Positions 19,413-28,389 of a DNA stretch of 47,931 nucleotides are shown piece by piece. Numbering within the stretch: position 1 is the first letter of the stretch; each line of letters begins with the position of its first letter. This stretch comes from Candidatus Burarchaeum sp. (GTDB taxonomy: Archaea > Micrarchaeota > Micrarchaeia > Burarchaeales > Burarchaeaceae): positions 1 through 47,931 of the forward strand of contig JAUSNF010000009.1 in assembly GCA_030646255.1 (NCBI GenBank), written 5' to 3'. The position numbers and the translations under genes are program-made. Below the pieces are notes generated by a model. The model was not told the origin of the DNA. It did no database searches and worked only from the letters and a program-made list of their open reading frames with translations.

Positions 19413-21005
19413 CTACTTCTTCTTCGCCACGTGCAGCGCAGACTTCACGCCATCCAGCCAGCCTTTCCTGTTGGCATACCAGAGCACGACCGCGAGCACA
19501 GCCAGGCCGGCCAACTGCGCGATGGTCGAAGGCCCTGTCGACCCGCCCGTAGCCAGAGCCGCAATATCTGCGGATACAACGTCGACATAGGCCAGCTTCT
19601 TCACCGTATGCTCCCTATTGTAGGTATCGAAGAAGGTCACGTTCACCTCAATCGCATACCTGCCCGGCGCAAGGCCCGGCTTCACGTAAACGTCGTACTG
19701 CGTGCTGCTGTAGTCGCTTTCCTTCAGCTCTCCTATGAATCCGTACCGCATGCCTATCACATCAACATCATTGCTCGGTATGAGCTCGGTGCTGACCGCC
19801 TTCAGGTCGCCCGTGCCCGTGTTGGACACCTGCACCGAAAGCGAGTACACCCTGCCCGCAGTCACTGGCTTTGGCGATGGCTCGGCCACTACTGAAACAT
19901 CGTACCTTCCAAGCACCTCAAGGCCGAAGAGCTTGCTTACCTTCGTAGCCTCGCCCTGTGCATTCACGAACGTTATAGTCGCATTCAGCGCATAGTAGCC
20001 CGGCGGCGCATTGCCATTCACGCCCATGTGGAACACCTGCCGCATCGCCTCGCCCGGGCCGAAATTCCCAAGCCCTCCTTCGGCAGAGTCAAGGGCCACG
20101 AAATACTGGCCGCTCTTCGAATCTCCTGCTATTGCAATTACTGCGGCGTAGGCAGACTCCACGCCATTGTTCTGCACATCCAGGTAGAGGTCGAACTTGT
20201 CGCCCGGATAAAGGTCCTTGCTGGTGCTCGCCATCAGGCCGAAGTCAGTCGAAATCTTCACGACCAGCACAGGCCCGAGGTTCGCGCCATCTGCATTGGT
20301 GCTTCCCAGCGAGTCCTCGTAGGTTATCTTCACAGGTATGGAGTACGTGCCTCCTGAGAGCGTGCTGCTTGCCGTGAATTCTATGTCTGTCTCAACAACC
20401 CCTTCAGCCGGTATGCTGCCCACAGCCACCTGCGAGGCATCCTTAATCACAAAGTTGGTAGAGTTGGCGCTTATGCGCACGTTGCCAGCTGCGCCTCCCT
20501 TGTTAGTTATTTTCAGGTGCAGCCTCACGCTGCCGCCCGGGCTTACCTGTGCCTTGTCTGCGGTTGAAGAGACCTCGAACGTGGCCGGGTTGCTCACAGT
20601 TACTGGTATGGTGAATGTCCTGGAAGTGATGCCTGAGGATGTGCCGCTGCCGGACGAGAGTATTGTGCTGGCCTGGAGCGTGTAAACGCCCGCAGGCACG
20701 TCGCTCTTTATAATGAATGGGATGGTGACCTGCGTGCTTCCGCTTGCACCAATATCGCCTATGATTATGTGGGCCTGCGGCAGGATGAATCCATAGCCGC
20801 TCGCGTCAAAGGCAAGGCCGCTTATGGTTGCCGTGCCTGTGTTGGTGACAACAAAGCTGGCCGTGCCGCTCACGCCCGGCCTCAACGTGCTGGGCGAGAC
20901 GCTGGATGACGAAAACGCGATGTCGGCCCAGCTCGCGCTGGCTAGCATCAAAAGCACGAATGCAAATACGCCCGCAAACCTTCCAATTCCGTCATTCCCC
21001 ATCAT
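19413..21005 (-). CDS. COG1361 S-layer-like/CARDB Ig-repeat membrane-anchored protein
   Basis: Signal peptide, four Ig-like repeats (NTG...G.Y.L/I), C-terminal TM; typical position between ATPase and permeases. Confidence 0.82.
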   Translation of the reverse strand: MMGNDGIGRFAGVFAFVLLMLASASWADIAFSSSSVSPSTLRPGVSGTASFVVTNTGTATISGLAFDASGYGFILPQAHIIIGDIGASGSTQVTIPFIIKSDVPAGVYTLQASTILSSGSGTSSGITSRTFTIPVTVSNPATFEVSSTADKAQVSPGGSVRLHLKITNKGGAAGNVRISANSTNFVIKDASQVAVGSIPAEGVVETDIEFTASSTLSGGTYSIPVKITYEDSLGSTNADGANLGPVLVVKISTDFGLMASTSKDLYPGDKFDLYLDVQNNGVESAYAAVIAIAGDSKSGQYFVALDSAEGGLGNFGPGEAMRQVFHMGVNGNAPPGYYALNATITFVNAQGEATKVSKLFGLEVLGRYDVSVVAEPSPKPVTAGRVYSLSVQVSNTGTGDLKAVSTELIPSNDVDVIGMRYGFIGELKESDYSSTQYDVYVKPGLAPGRYAIEVNVTFFDTYNREHTVKKLAYVDVVSADIAALATGGSTGPSTIAQLAGLAVLAVVLWYANRKGWLDGVKSALHVAKKK

Positions 21006-21028
21006 AGTCCCACCTCATTCTCTCAATT

Positions 21029-21919
21029 TCAATTCTTCTCTATCTTCTCAATGCTCCCATCCCGTATCTTGATTATCTTGTGCGCATATTTCGCAATAGC
21101 CGGATCATGGGTCACCATTATTACTGCAATCCTTTCCTGCTCGTGCAGCTCCTTGAACAGCTCCATAATTTCAGCCCCGCTCTTCGAGTCCAAATTGCCC
21201 GTGGGCTCGTCGGCCAGAAGCATTGACGGCCTATTGGCGAGCGCGCGCGCAATCGCAACCCTCTGCCTCTCGCCTCCGGACATCTCGCCGGGCTTGTGCC
21301 ACTTCCTGTCGCCCAGCCCCACGCGCTCAAGTAATTCTGCTGCCCTCTGCTCCCTCTCCTCCTGGCCCACGCCCTCGAAAAGCATGGGCAGCTGCACGTT
21401 CTCCATTGCAGAGAGCGTGGATATGAGGTAGAAGAACTGGAACACAAAGCCAATTTTCTCGCCCCTTAGGCGCGCCAGCTCGTCCTCGCTCAGCCTGTTT
21501 ATTTCCTGGCCGCCTATGCGAACGCTTCCTGTAGTCGGTATATCCAGCAGGCCCAGAATGTGGAGCAGCGTGCTCTTGCCGCTTCCGCTCGGGCCCATGA
21601 TCGCGACAAAATCATCGTCGTTCAGCCTGAGGTCTATGCCCTTGAGCACCTCGAGCTTGTAAGTTCCCATCATGTATGACTTCCTCACTTGTTCGAGTTC
21701 AATGACTTCTTTCTTCGCCCCTCCCGCATTCTTGCCATGGCTGTGCGCTGCCTCGGACTTTCCAGTTCCGCGCGCTTCAGCACCTGCTGCTGTGCGCGCA
21801 GCTTCCGCTTTCCTTGCAGCCCGCGCATCTGCGCTTCCCGCACTGTCCTTCCCGTGCGCAGCTTCAGCCCTTCCCGCAGCCCGCGCACCCGTACTTCCAG
21901 CCCTCACAACAGCAAGCAT
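21029..21919 (-). CDS. ABC transporter ATP-binding protein (LolD/MacB-like) with Ala-rich N-terminal extension
   Basis: GPSGSGKST, MSGGERQRVAIARAL, LLADEPTGNLD, VTHD. Confidence 0.95.
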   Translation of the reverse strand: MLAVVRAGSTGARAAGRAEAAHGKDSAGSADARAARKAEAARTAAGAEARGTGKSEAAHSHGKNAGGAKKEVIELEQVRKSYMMGTYKLEVLKGIDLRLNDDDFVAIMGPSGSGKSTLLHILGLLDIPTTGSVRIGGQEINRLSEDELARLRGEKIGFVFQFFYLISTLSAMENVQLPMLFEGVGQEEREQRAAELLERVGLGDRKWHKPGEMSGGERQRVAIARALANRPSMLLADEPTGNLDSKSGAEIMELFKELHEQERIAVIMVTHDPAIAKYAHKIIKIRDGSIEKIEKN

Positions 21920-21927
21920 AACAACAC

Positions 21928-22425
21928 CTAAATTTTCTCCAATTCCTCGACGCTCTTCCTTATAATTTCTTTCACCCTTTTGCCCTTCGGCCCGCCCACC
22001 TTGTGCAGTATGAGGTTCCGCGCCCTCATGAGCATCGCGTACATTTCTGCGTCCATGCCCTCGAATACATCGCCTACCATGCCTGCCATCATCCTGTAGT
22101 GCTCGCCCAAGTGTATTGCGTGCTCCCTGAACGCCTTCAGCGCCTTCCTGCCCTGCGCCGAAAGCTCGTATTTCTTCATCCCTCTCTTCCCACGCTCAGC
22201 CACCCTCAGCAGCCCGCTCTTCTCGAGCTGGGTTATGAGCGGGTAGAGCGCGCCCTTACTGGGCTTCCACCTTCCGCCAGTCTTCTCCTTTATCTCGCGC
22301 AGAAGGTCGTAGCCGCTCTTCCTGCCCTTCCCGAAGCTGTGCAGCACGTATGCCCTCAGCATGCCGCGCCTGCCGGCGCTCACAATCTCGGCGCATGCTT
22401 CCGGTGTTTTCCTCTTATCCCCCAT
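21928..22425 (-). CDS. PadR family transcriptional regulator
   Basis: SGYDLLREIKEKTGGRWKPSKGALYPLITQLEKSGL...KKYELSAQG. Confidence 0.92.
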   Translation of the reverse strand: MGDKRKTPEACAEIVSAGRRGMLRAYVLHSFGKGRKSGYDLLREIKEKTGGRWKPSKGALYPLITQLEKSGLLRVAERGKRGMKKYELSAQGRKALKAFREHAIHLGEHYRMMAGMVGDVFEGMDAEMYAMLMRARNLILHKVGGPKGKRVKEIIRKSVEELEKI

Positions 22426-22444
22426 GACTGCATTTCCTCCAATA

Positions 22445-22483
22445 GTTCTCTATAGAACCGTTCTGTATAGAAGTATTTAAATA
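22445..22483 (-). promoter_or_regulatory. TATA box plus tandem palindromic operator for padR-ABC operon
   Basis: GTTCTCTATAGAAC (22445-58) and GTTCTGTATAGAAG (22460-73) next to TATTTAAATA (22474-83). Confidence 0.65.
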
Positions 22484-22664
22484 GCTATATGTCTTCGCGC
22501 CGCTTGCGCGCCAGTTTTAGGTCGTCCGCCAAAAAGCTTCTTTTTACTGGATGACCAAAACTGACATCTAGACGAAACAGAATCGAGTGCCGACTTTTTT
22601 ACCAATTTCGGCCCCAGGCGCCTTCCTCGGGCCGTGTCCCTGCTTCTAGTCCAGCCAAAACCCG

Positions 22665-22889
22665 CTATTCCTTCCCCTGCTCCTCAGCGCCCCGCTTCTT
22701 CACCACATCCTTCCTTATGTCCTGCGCCACCCTTTCCCGCCTCTCATAGTTGCGCAGTGCCTCGTCCATCGGGGAGCCGGGCGTCACGGTCACAATCTTC
22801 GCCTTCTTCTCATCATAGACCTGCTTCAGCTCGCTAATTGCCTTTTCCATTTCCTTTTTTTGATTCTGCTTCTCTACAGTCGTCTGCAT
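22665..22889 (-). CDS. Small charged hypothetical protein
   Basis: 74-aa ORF with GGGAG site upstream; coiled-coil-like composition. Confidence 0.55.
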   Translation of the reverse strand: MQTTVEKQNQKKEMEKAISELKQVYDEKKAKIVTVTPGSPMDEALRNYERRERVAQDIRKDVVKKRGAEEQGKE

Positions 22890-23053
22890 GCAACTCTCCC
22901 TGCTAAGCTCATGGTGGGGAAAGAATAAAAAGAAGCGAGAATCAGCCCCTTCCGCAAGGTTTTGTTCCTGCGCGCAATTCCGGACAGCTATCTTAATAAA
23001 GGGGGAGCGAGCGAATATTAGCTACGGATGAATAGTCGTCGGAGTGTGATCAT

Positions 23054-24415
23054 ATGGTACAAAAGCAGGCCGATTCCGCAATTCAGACTATCGATCAGGC
23101 TTGGACTGCCTACAAGTCACTATTCACCCTGCCCACCACTCAATCAACCACTATCCTTGGCAACGGACAAACTCATTCTGGCTTCGGCCTAGCATCAACC
23201 GATGCTCAGCTTATTGAACCAAAAGCCGGATATCTTATGGTTCTCGAGACAATGAAAAACAAGGCAGCGACCGACCCGGTCTTGTTCTGTGAGATGGCCG
23301 AGTTAGTTGTTGCTCATGTAGAGCTCAGGCAAGCCGTTCTGAAGGCATATAACGACGGCACTATAGGCGAGCAAACCAGGGACGATCTGCTCAAGTCGCT
23401 GGCATGGACCTGGAACCGGATGACCACAGATCTTAATGCGGGCAATGCGAACCTTAAAGACATCTATTCGCCGCTTTACGGCGATTATGCCCTCAAGTTC
23501 AACAATGGCGATTATGTAGGCATGAACAAAACATGCACTGATGCATTGGGAGCAATCCCTGGGACCTTGACGCTTCATGGAGATCTGCTCTTGAGCCGCC
23601 CTGTAAGGCAGCCAGCGGGAGCGGAAACGGGCGCCGTACTGGAAAGCGAAATGCCTGTCCTGGAGGATGAAGAGACTGCGCCGCTTACAACTCCCGTTCC
23701 TGCTGGCCCCCAGACTTGGCGCATCCTTCATGGCCCAAGGCAGGATGGCATAACTATCCAGGTGCGGCAGGAAACAAGCCCCGGAACCTTCAACATTGTT
23801 GACCGGACAGACATACATGAGGCAGGCATGAACATACTGCGCAACATACTGCGGGCCGATCCTGCAAGCCTGGGCATAGATAAGATAATCGAGGGAAACG
23901 TGACAACTTACCAAATAAAAATCGGGGAGCAGCTAATCCCAATGGACGTGAATGTTCTGAAATCGCTTTTGAGCATCCTTCCGAAGCCAATGACTATCGA
24001 AGCTTTCGATGCACTTCCGGAAGACGGACAGGTGGCCGCACTCAAGCTAGCGGCGCAAACCGTTTTGAATGCGCCTGTCGAGCAAGTCGCTGACCAAAAC
24101 GGTGCCGTGGTGCCCACCCACAAAAAAAGCTTCTGGGATAAGCTGCAGGACTGGCTGAAGGTCATCCTGGCTGCGGTCGCTCTTTGGGCTCTTGTTTCCA
24201 ATATCTTCAATCTGTTCGGGAACAAGAAGATTGGCGAGCAGGCTGCAAAAGCAGAGGATACGGTTACGGATCTGGTCCAGATGGCCTACTGGATAAACGA
24301 AACGCAGAGGAACTTCTCGCACACCTGGACTCAGATAGGCGGTTTTGTCGACGACCCGAACAATTCCAATGCGCCGAACCCGCCAGGCAATACCGGCCCG
24401 CCGCCAGGCCTCTGA
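23054..24415 (+). CDS. Hypothetical protein with C-proximal TM helix
   Basis: 453-aa ORF with GGAGTG site; TM WLKVILAAVALWALVSNIFNLFG; Pro-rich tail. Confidence 0.7.
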   Translation: MVQKQADSAIQTIDQAWTAYKSLFTLPTTQSTTILGNGQTHSGFGLASTDAQLIEPKAGYLMVLETMKNKAATDPVLFCEMAELVVAHVELRQAVLKAYNDGTIGEQTRDDLLKSLAWTWNRMTTDLNAGNANLKDIYSPLYGDYALKFNNGDYVGMNKTCTDALGAIPGTLTLHGDLLLSRPVRQPAGAETGAVLESEMPVLEDEETAPLTTPVPAGPQTWRILHGPRQDGITIQVRQETSPGTFNIVDRTDIHEAGMNILRNILRADPASLGIDKIIEGNVTTYQIKIGEQLIPMDVNVLKSLLSILPKPMTIEAFDALPEDGQVAALKLAAQTVLNAPVEQVADQNGAVVPTHKKSFWDKLQDWLKVILAAVALWALVSNIFNLFGNKKIGEQAAKAEDTVTDLVQMAYWINETQRNFSHTWTQIGGFVDDPNNSNAPNPPGNTGPPPGL

Positions 24416-24454
24416 GCTTTGCTTTCCGGCGCACCAGCAAACAGCGCCTACAGC

Positions 24455-25195
24455 CTACTGTAGTGTAAAATAGATCCTTCTATTGTCCTTTCCCTTATTT
24501 TCCATCTTCGTAATCACGATCCTGCCGCACTCATTCGTATTCTTCACGTGCGTGCCTCCGTCAGCCTGCACCTCGAACCCGCCAATGTCCACTATGCGCA
24601 GCTCGCTTATTGCAGGCGGCAGCGCATTTGCCAGCTTCACGATGCCCGGTATTTTGAGGGCCTCTTCGCGCGGCAGCGTGTAAATCTTAATCTCAAGCCC
24701 CTCTGCCAGCTTGGCGTTGGCCTGCGCTACCATCCTCTCCATGAGCTCCCTGTCAAAATTATCAAGCGCAAAGTCAAAGCGAGTCTGCTCCGTGCCTATT
24801 TGATTGCCCGTAATGAGTGCGCCCTGCCGAGCCATGAACCCGCCCGCCAGCACATGGGCTGCGGTGTGCATGCGCATGTGCGCATAGCGCCTTGCCCAGT
24901 CTATCGTGCCATGCACAGATGCGCCGGCTGCAAATGTCGGTTGCCTGTCAAGATAATGCCACACCTCGCCCGCCTCCTTCTTCACTTCTTTTACGACGTA
25001 TTCTGCGCCCGAACCATCGCTGCCTTCCGCTCCTTTCACCACTATCTTGCCAGTGTCGCACGGCTGCCCTCCTCCCTGCGGGTAGAAGAGCGTCTGGTCG
25101 AGCATCACCGCGCGCCTCTCGCCATTCACCTCGAGCACCTGCGCGCCGAACTCCTTCAGGTAGGAATCGTCCATGTAAAGCAGTTTTGTTCGCAT
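24455..25195 (-). CDS. alaX: Alanyl-tRNA editing protein AlaX (AlaX-M type)
   Basis: TKLLYMDDSY, FYPQGGGQPCDTG, MRMHTAAH, ADGGTHV; start set at ATG 25195. Confidence 0.93.
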   Translation of the reverse strand: MRTKLLYMDDSYLKEFGAQVLEVNGERRAVMLDQTLFYPQGGGQPCDTGKIVVKGAEGSDGSGAEYVVKEVKKEAGEVWHYLDRQPTFAAGASVHGTIDWARRYAHMRMHTAAHVLAGGFMARQGALITGNQIGTEQTRFDFALDNFDRELMERMVAQANAKLAEGLEIKIYTLPREEALKIPGIVKLANALPPAISELRIVDIGGFEVQADGGTHVKNTNECGRIVITKMENKGKDNRRIYFTLQ

Positions 25196-25206
25196 AAAAT
25201 CACACC

Positions 25207-25620
25207 TCACAAAAGGTTTATCAGCTCCGCAGTCCTCCAAACCCTGACATTTCCTTTCAGCTTCTGGAAATGCGGGTCATCGCTCCAAATTCCGTCATTT
25301 TGGATTGCAAGTGCAAGCGCCACATAGGGAACATCGTCCTTGTCTATCCCGCCCATCAGGAGTTCTGCCTTCCCAAGATGTTTCGCCACTTTCTGTGCCG
25401 GAATTATTTCGATCCTGTCGAATACCAGTTCGAGAACTTTTTTAGCGTCTTCCCGCGAAAGCCTGCTCTTTTCCAGCATTTCCTCGAAATGCCCCTTAAT
25501 TTCTTCAATAATGAACTCCGGGCAGCAGAAGCAGTTGTCAGGCCTGAGCAGGAGCTTTCTGACAGCCGCGTCCCGTATGAACGCGGCAATAATTATATTC
25601 GCATCGACAACAAGCTTCAT
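25207..25620 (-). CDS. PIN-domain toxin (VapC-like)
   Basis: LVVDANIII, EEI, DKDDVPYVALAL, IWSDDPHF. Confidence 0.9.
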   Translation of the reverse strand: MKLVVDANIIIAAFIRDAAVRKLLLRPDNCFCCPEFIIEEIKGHFEEMLEKSRLSREDAKKVLELVFDRIEIIPAQKVAKHLGKAELLMGGIDKDDVPYVALALAIQNDGIWSDDPHFQKLKGNVRVWRTAELINLL

Positions 25621-25847
25621 TCAAAGCCCTTCCTGTATCTGGCCGCCAAGCCCCTGTTTATCTTTCTGCCGAGCTCAAGGGCATCCTTGCCAGTCATCTT
25701 GCTGCCCTTGGCAAGCCTGTCCATTACCTCGAGATTCGCGGCATAGCTCCTTATAGCCTGCCTTGCCACTTCGCTCCAGTTCACTTCCTTCCTCCTTTTC
25801 ATAAGCCTGTAAACGTCCTCTGGCACCGCAAGCGTTACGTTCACCAT
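25617..25847 (-). CDS. Ribbon-helix-helix antitoxin
   Basis: MVNVTLAVPEDVYRLMK...EVNWSEVARQAI; overlaps the PIN start by ATGA. Confidence 0.85.
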   Translation of the reverse strand: MVNVTLAVPEDVYRLMKRRKEVNWSEVARQAIRSYAANLEVMDRLAKGSKMTGKDALELGRKINRGLAARYRKGFE

Positions 25848-25848
25848 G

Positions 25849-25889
25849 TTGCATCACCCGTGCATTATGTGCATGCACATGTTTATAAC
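25849..25889 (-). promoter_or_regulatory. TA operon operator/TATA
   Basis: Perfect palindrome ATGTGCATGCACAT (25867-80), extra TGCAT copies, TTTATAA box adjacent. Confidence 0.65.
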
Positions 25890-26007
25890 CATGCCGATTT
25901 CTAATGCAAAGTATTTGCTCCAACAAGCTTCCATTTTATTAATAAAACGATAATTCTATATATCAAACGCTCGTTCTATTAGCCGAACGATCAGAAGGTG
26001 AACCCAA

Positions 26008-26667
26008 ATAAAGCTCGACTTCCACGTGCACTCCAACACCTCGCCCGACGGAATCCACAGCGTGCGCCAGCTCGCCGAGCAGGCGCGGAAGATAGGGCTG
26101 GATGGGATAGCAATCTGCGACCACGACAGCTTCCCTAAGGAGCAGTTCAAGCTCAAGGGCCTTCTCATACTGCGCGGCATGGAATGCAGCACTGCAGAGG
26201 GCCATCTCTCAGTCTTCGGCGTCCCGCCCAACTTCGACTTCGTGAAGGGCATGCCCGCTGCCGAGGTAGTGGCCCGCGCGCGCAGGGCTGGCGGCATCAG
26301 CATAGTCAACCACGCCTTCTCGGTCCGCAAGCGCAGGTCCAGCATGGGCTCTGCGGGCCTGAAGCTGGGCGCAACCGCCATCGAGCGCTTCAACGGCAGC
26401 GACTTCGTCCACAACTTCATGGCTTTGCGCAAGATACCCGTGGGCACGGGCGGGAGCGACGCACACTCTTTCTACGAGCTCGCAAATGCCTATACCATAC
26501 TGGACTGCAGGCCGCGCGAGGACGACGTGCTCGAAGAAGTGCGGAAGGGCAGGATGAAGGCAGTACTCTCGCAGAATCCCTTCTCAATATTAAAAAGGAA
26601 GTATGAGCGTTTTTTCATAAAGCGCGCAAGGCGGAAGGAGCATCAGCATGCTGGTGAATTAAGATGA
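26008..26667 (+). CDS. PHP-domain phosphoesterase (probable ATA start)
   Basis: (M)KLDFHVHS, AICDHD, GMECST.EGH, NHAF, GGSDAH; AAGGTGA site 6 nt before ATA 26008. Confidence 0.85.
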   Translation: MKLDFHVHSNTSPDGIHSVRQLAEQARKIGLDGIAICDHDSFPKEQFKLKGLLILRGMECSTAEGHLSVFGVPPNFDFVKGMPAAEVVARARRAGGISIVNHAFSVRKRRSSMGSAGLKLGATAIERFNGSDFVHNFMALRKIPVGTGGSDAHSFYELANAYTILDCRPREDDVLEEVRKGRMKAVLSQNPFSILKRKYERFFIKRARRKEHQHAGELR

Positions 26668-27386
26668 AGATAAAACGGGTTGCAATAGCGCCGAACCCCC
26701 GCAAGCCCTGGGCGCACAGGATTGCGCGCGAGCTGCGCAGGTTCCTTGCCAGGCGCGGCATTTCTGTAACGCATGCGCGGCAGCATGCAGACTTGCTAAT
26801 TGCAATAGGCGGCGACGGCACCATACTGCACGAAAGGGAGCACTGCAACCTGCCCATCTTCGGCATAGGCAGCAGGACCAGCTATGTATGCCAGGCAAGG
26901 AAGGAGAATTGGAAGCCGCGGCTTTCCGCAGCCCTCGCAAGGCCGCGCCTGGAAAAGCGCATGCTGCTCTCGGGCACCCTGAACGGCAAGAGGCTGCAGG
27001 ATGCAATGAACGAGATTTTCATACGCAACTCCGACTACCGCGTGCTCGAGTTCGGCCTGCGCATAAACGGAAGCCGCTTCAAGTTCACTGCGGACGGCGT
27101 AATCTTCTCCACGCCAACAGGCTCGACTGCGTATGCATACTCTGCAGGCGGCCGCGAGCTCAAGCCGACTGCCAGCAAATACGAAGTCGTGGCGCTTGCG
27201 CCCTACAGGCGCGGCTTCAAGCCCCTGCTTGTTGACGCCAGCCAGCGCTGCACGCTCACCGTGCACACCACCTACCCTGCAATCGCCGTGATAGACGGCC
27301 AGTTCTGCCATGGGTTGAAGACTGGCCGGAATACGCTGGTAGTTAAAACGAGTTCCACTTCCGCACTGCTGCTTCAATCTAGATAG
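26664..27386 (+). CDS. nadK: NAD kinase
   Basis: GGDGT, NE, ADGVIFSTPTGSTAYAYSAGG, VIDG. Confidence 0.92.
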   Translation: MKIKRVAIAPNPRKPWAHRIARELRRFLARRGISVTHARQHADLLIAIGGDGTILHEREHCNLPIFGIGSRTSYVCQARKENWKPRLSAALARPRLEKRMLLSGTLNGKRLQDAMNEIFIRNSDYRVLEFGLRINGSRFKFTADGVIFSTPTGSTAYAYSAGGRELKPTASKYEVVALAPYRRGFKPLLVDASQRCTLTVHTTYPAIAVIDGQFCHGLKTGRNTLVVKTSSTSALLLQSR

Positions 27387-27408
27387 GCGTGAGGCCCATC
27401 CTGCCCAG

Positions 27409-27978
27409 TCAGTCCAAATAGGCCTTCGGAGGCTCAGGCATCTGCTGGCCCACGTACTTGCTGCCCTTCTTCGAGTCGTATCCCTCCTGGGCCTTTGTAC
27501 CAAGCCTGAAGAAAGAGAGCTGTGCAATCTTCATGCCCGGGTGCAGGAGCACAGGATTCGGGTTGACTGAGTAGACCTCAAGCGTGAGCGTGCTGGGCGC
27601 CTTGGAGCCGAAACCCGCGTGAATTATGCCCGCAGTCATATGGACTACGATGCCAAACCGACCAATCGAACTTCTGCCTTCAATCTGCGCCGCAATACTG
27701 GAGTCAAGGCCAATGCTTTCCATCGTATTCGCAAGCACGAACTGGTGGTGGCCGAGCATGAACGGCTCGCCTTCCTTCAGGCTCACCTTCTCGAAATAGT
27801 TCGCTTCATTTCTCTTGAGCGGGTCCAAAGTCTTGCCCACATTCTTCGCCAGCAGCATTTCCTTGCCCAGCCTTATGTCCACGCTGTCCGGCCCGAGGTT
27901 TGCCCTGTCAAACGGCTCGATGCGCAGCTCGCCCTTCTTGATGGCCTCGAGAATTTCAATGTCAGACATGAGGGACAT
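27409..27978 (-). CDS. dcd: dCTP deaminase
   Basis: PDSVDIRLG, EGRSSIGRFG, TAGIIHAGF, TLE, GMKIAQL, SKYVGQ. Confidence 0.92.
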   Translation of the reverse strand: MSLMSDIEILEAIKKGELRIEPFDRANLGPDSVDIRLGKEMLLAKNVGKTLDPLKRNEANYFEKVSLKEGEPFMLGHHQFVLANTMESIGLDSSIAAQIEGRSSIGRFGIVVHMTAGIIHAGFGSKAPSTLTLEVYSVNPNPVLLHPGMKIAQLSFFRLGTKAQEGYDSKKGSKYVGQQMPEPPKAYLD

Positions 27979-28074
27979 GCGTTGAATTAAGACGCAAAAG
28001 AATAAAACAAGTCACCCGCTCCCTGGTCTGCCAGCCCTTTTAAACGCCGCGCGCGAACTTCTTTGCGAGGCACA

Positions 28075-28110
28075 ATGTTTATATAGTCGTATATACACAA
28101 ATATAAACAT
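28075..28110 (+). promoter_or_regulatory. Inverted-repeat operator/TATA of second TA pair
   Basis: ATGTTTATAT (28075-84) / ATATAAACAT (28101-10) 10-bp arms with central GTATATAC. Confidence 0.6.
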
Positions 28111-28125
28111 GGCCTCGGCGAGAAT

Positions 28126-28389
28126 ATGCATACTTGGCGCGGAAGGATACTCCGCTTTACGAATGCAGCATACTGGGAGCTTTACAAACACGGTCTTTCG
28201 CCAGAAGACGTAATTGATGTTCTGGATAACGGTTATGACTTCCCGGGAAAACAACGAAGCGAAGGCATTTATGAAAAATGCCTTCGGAAAGGTTGCGAGA
28301 TTATCAAAGTAGTGGTGGCCGAGTCATATTCGTTTGATATAAAAGAAACCGTGTGGGCGGTCGTCCACGTTATGGTTGTGAGGACATGA
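28126..28389 (+). CDS. Putative toxin, DUF4258/BrnT-RelE-like
   Basis: RFTNAAYWELYKHGLSPEDVIDVLDNG...IKVVV...WAVVHV; coupled by ATGA to the next gene. Confidence 0.65.
   Translation: MHTWRGRILRFTNAAYWELYKHGLSPEDVIDVLDNGYDFPGKQRSEGIYEKCLRKGCEIIKVVVAESYSFDIKETVWAVVHVMVVRT

Noticed and set aside
22545-22600. Hammerhead- or tracrRNA-like words in the intergenic hairpin region
   Set aside because: No CUGANGA core with the required stems; no cas genes or CRISPR array; short matches are expected by chance.
24548-25327. Long antisense or alternative-frame ORFs (e.g. 24548-25327, 26796-27527, 14063-14737, 29977-30678)
   Set aside because: Shadows of well-supported genes in GC-rich coding sequence; no motifs or ribosome-binding sites.
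25998-26030. GTG start plus +1 shift at CTT-CCA for the PHP gene
   Set aside because: It would omit the conserved Asp and lacks an internal SD; ATA initiation is simpler.
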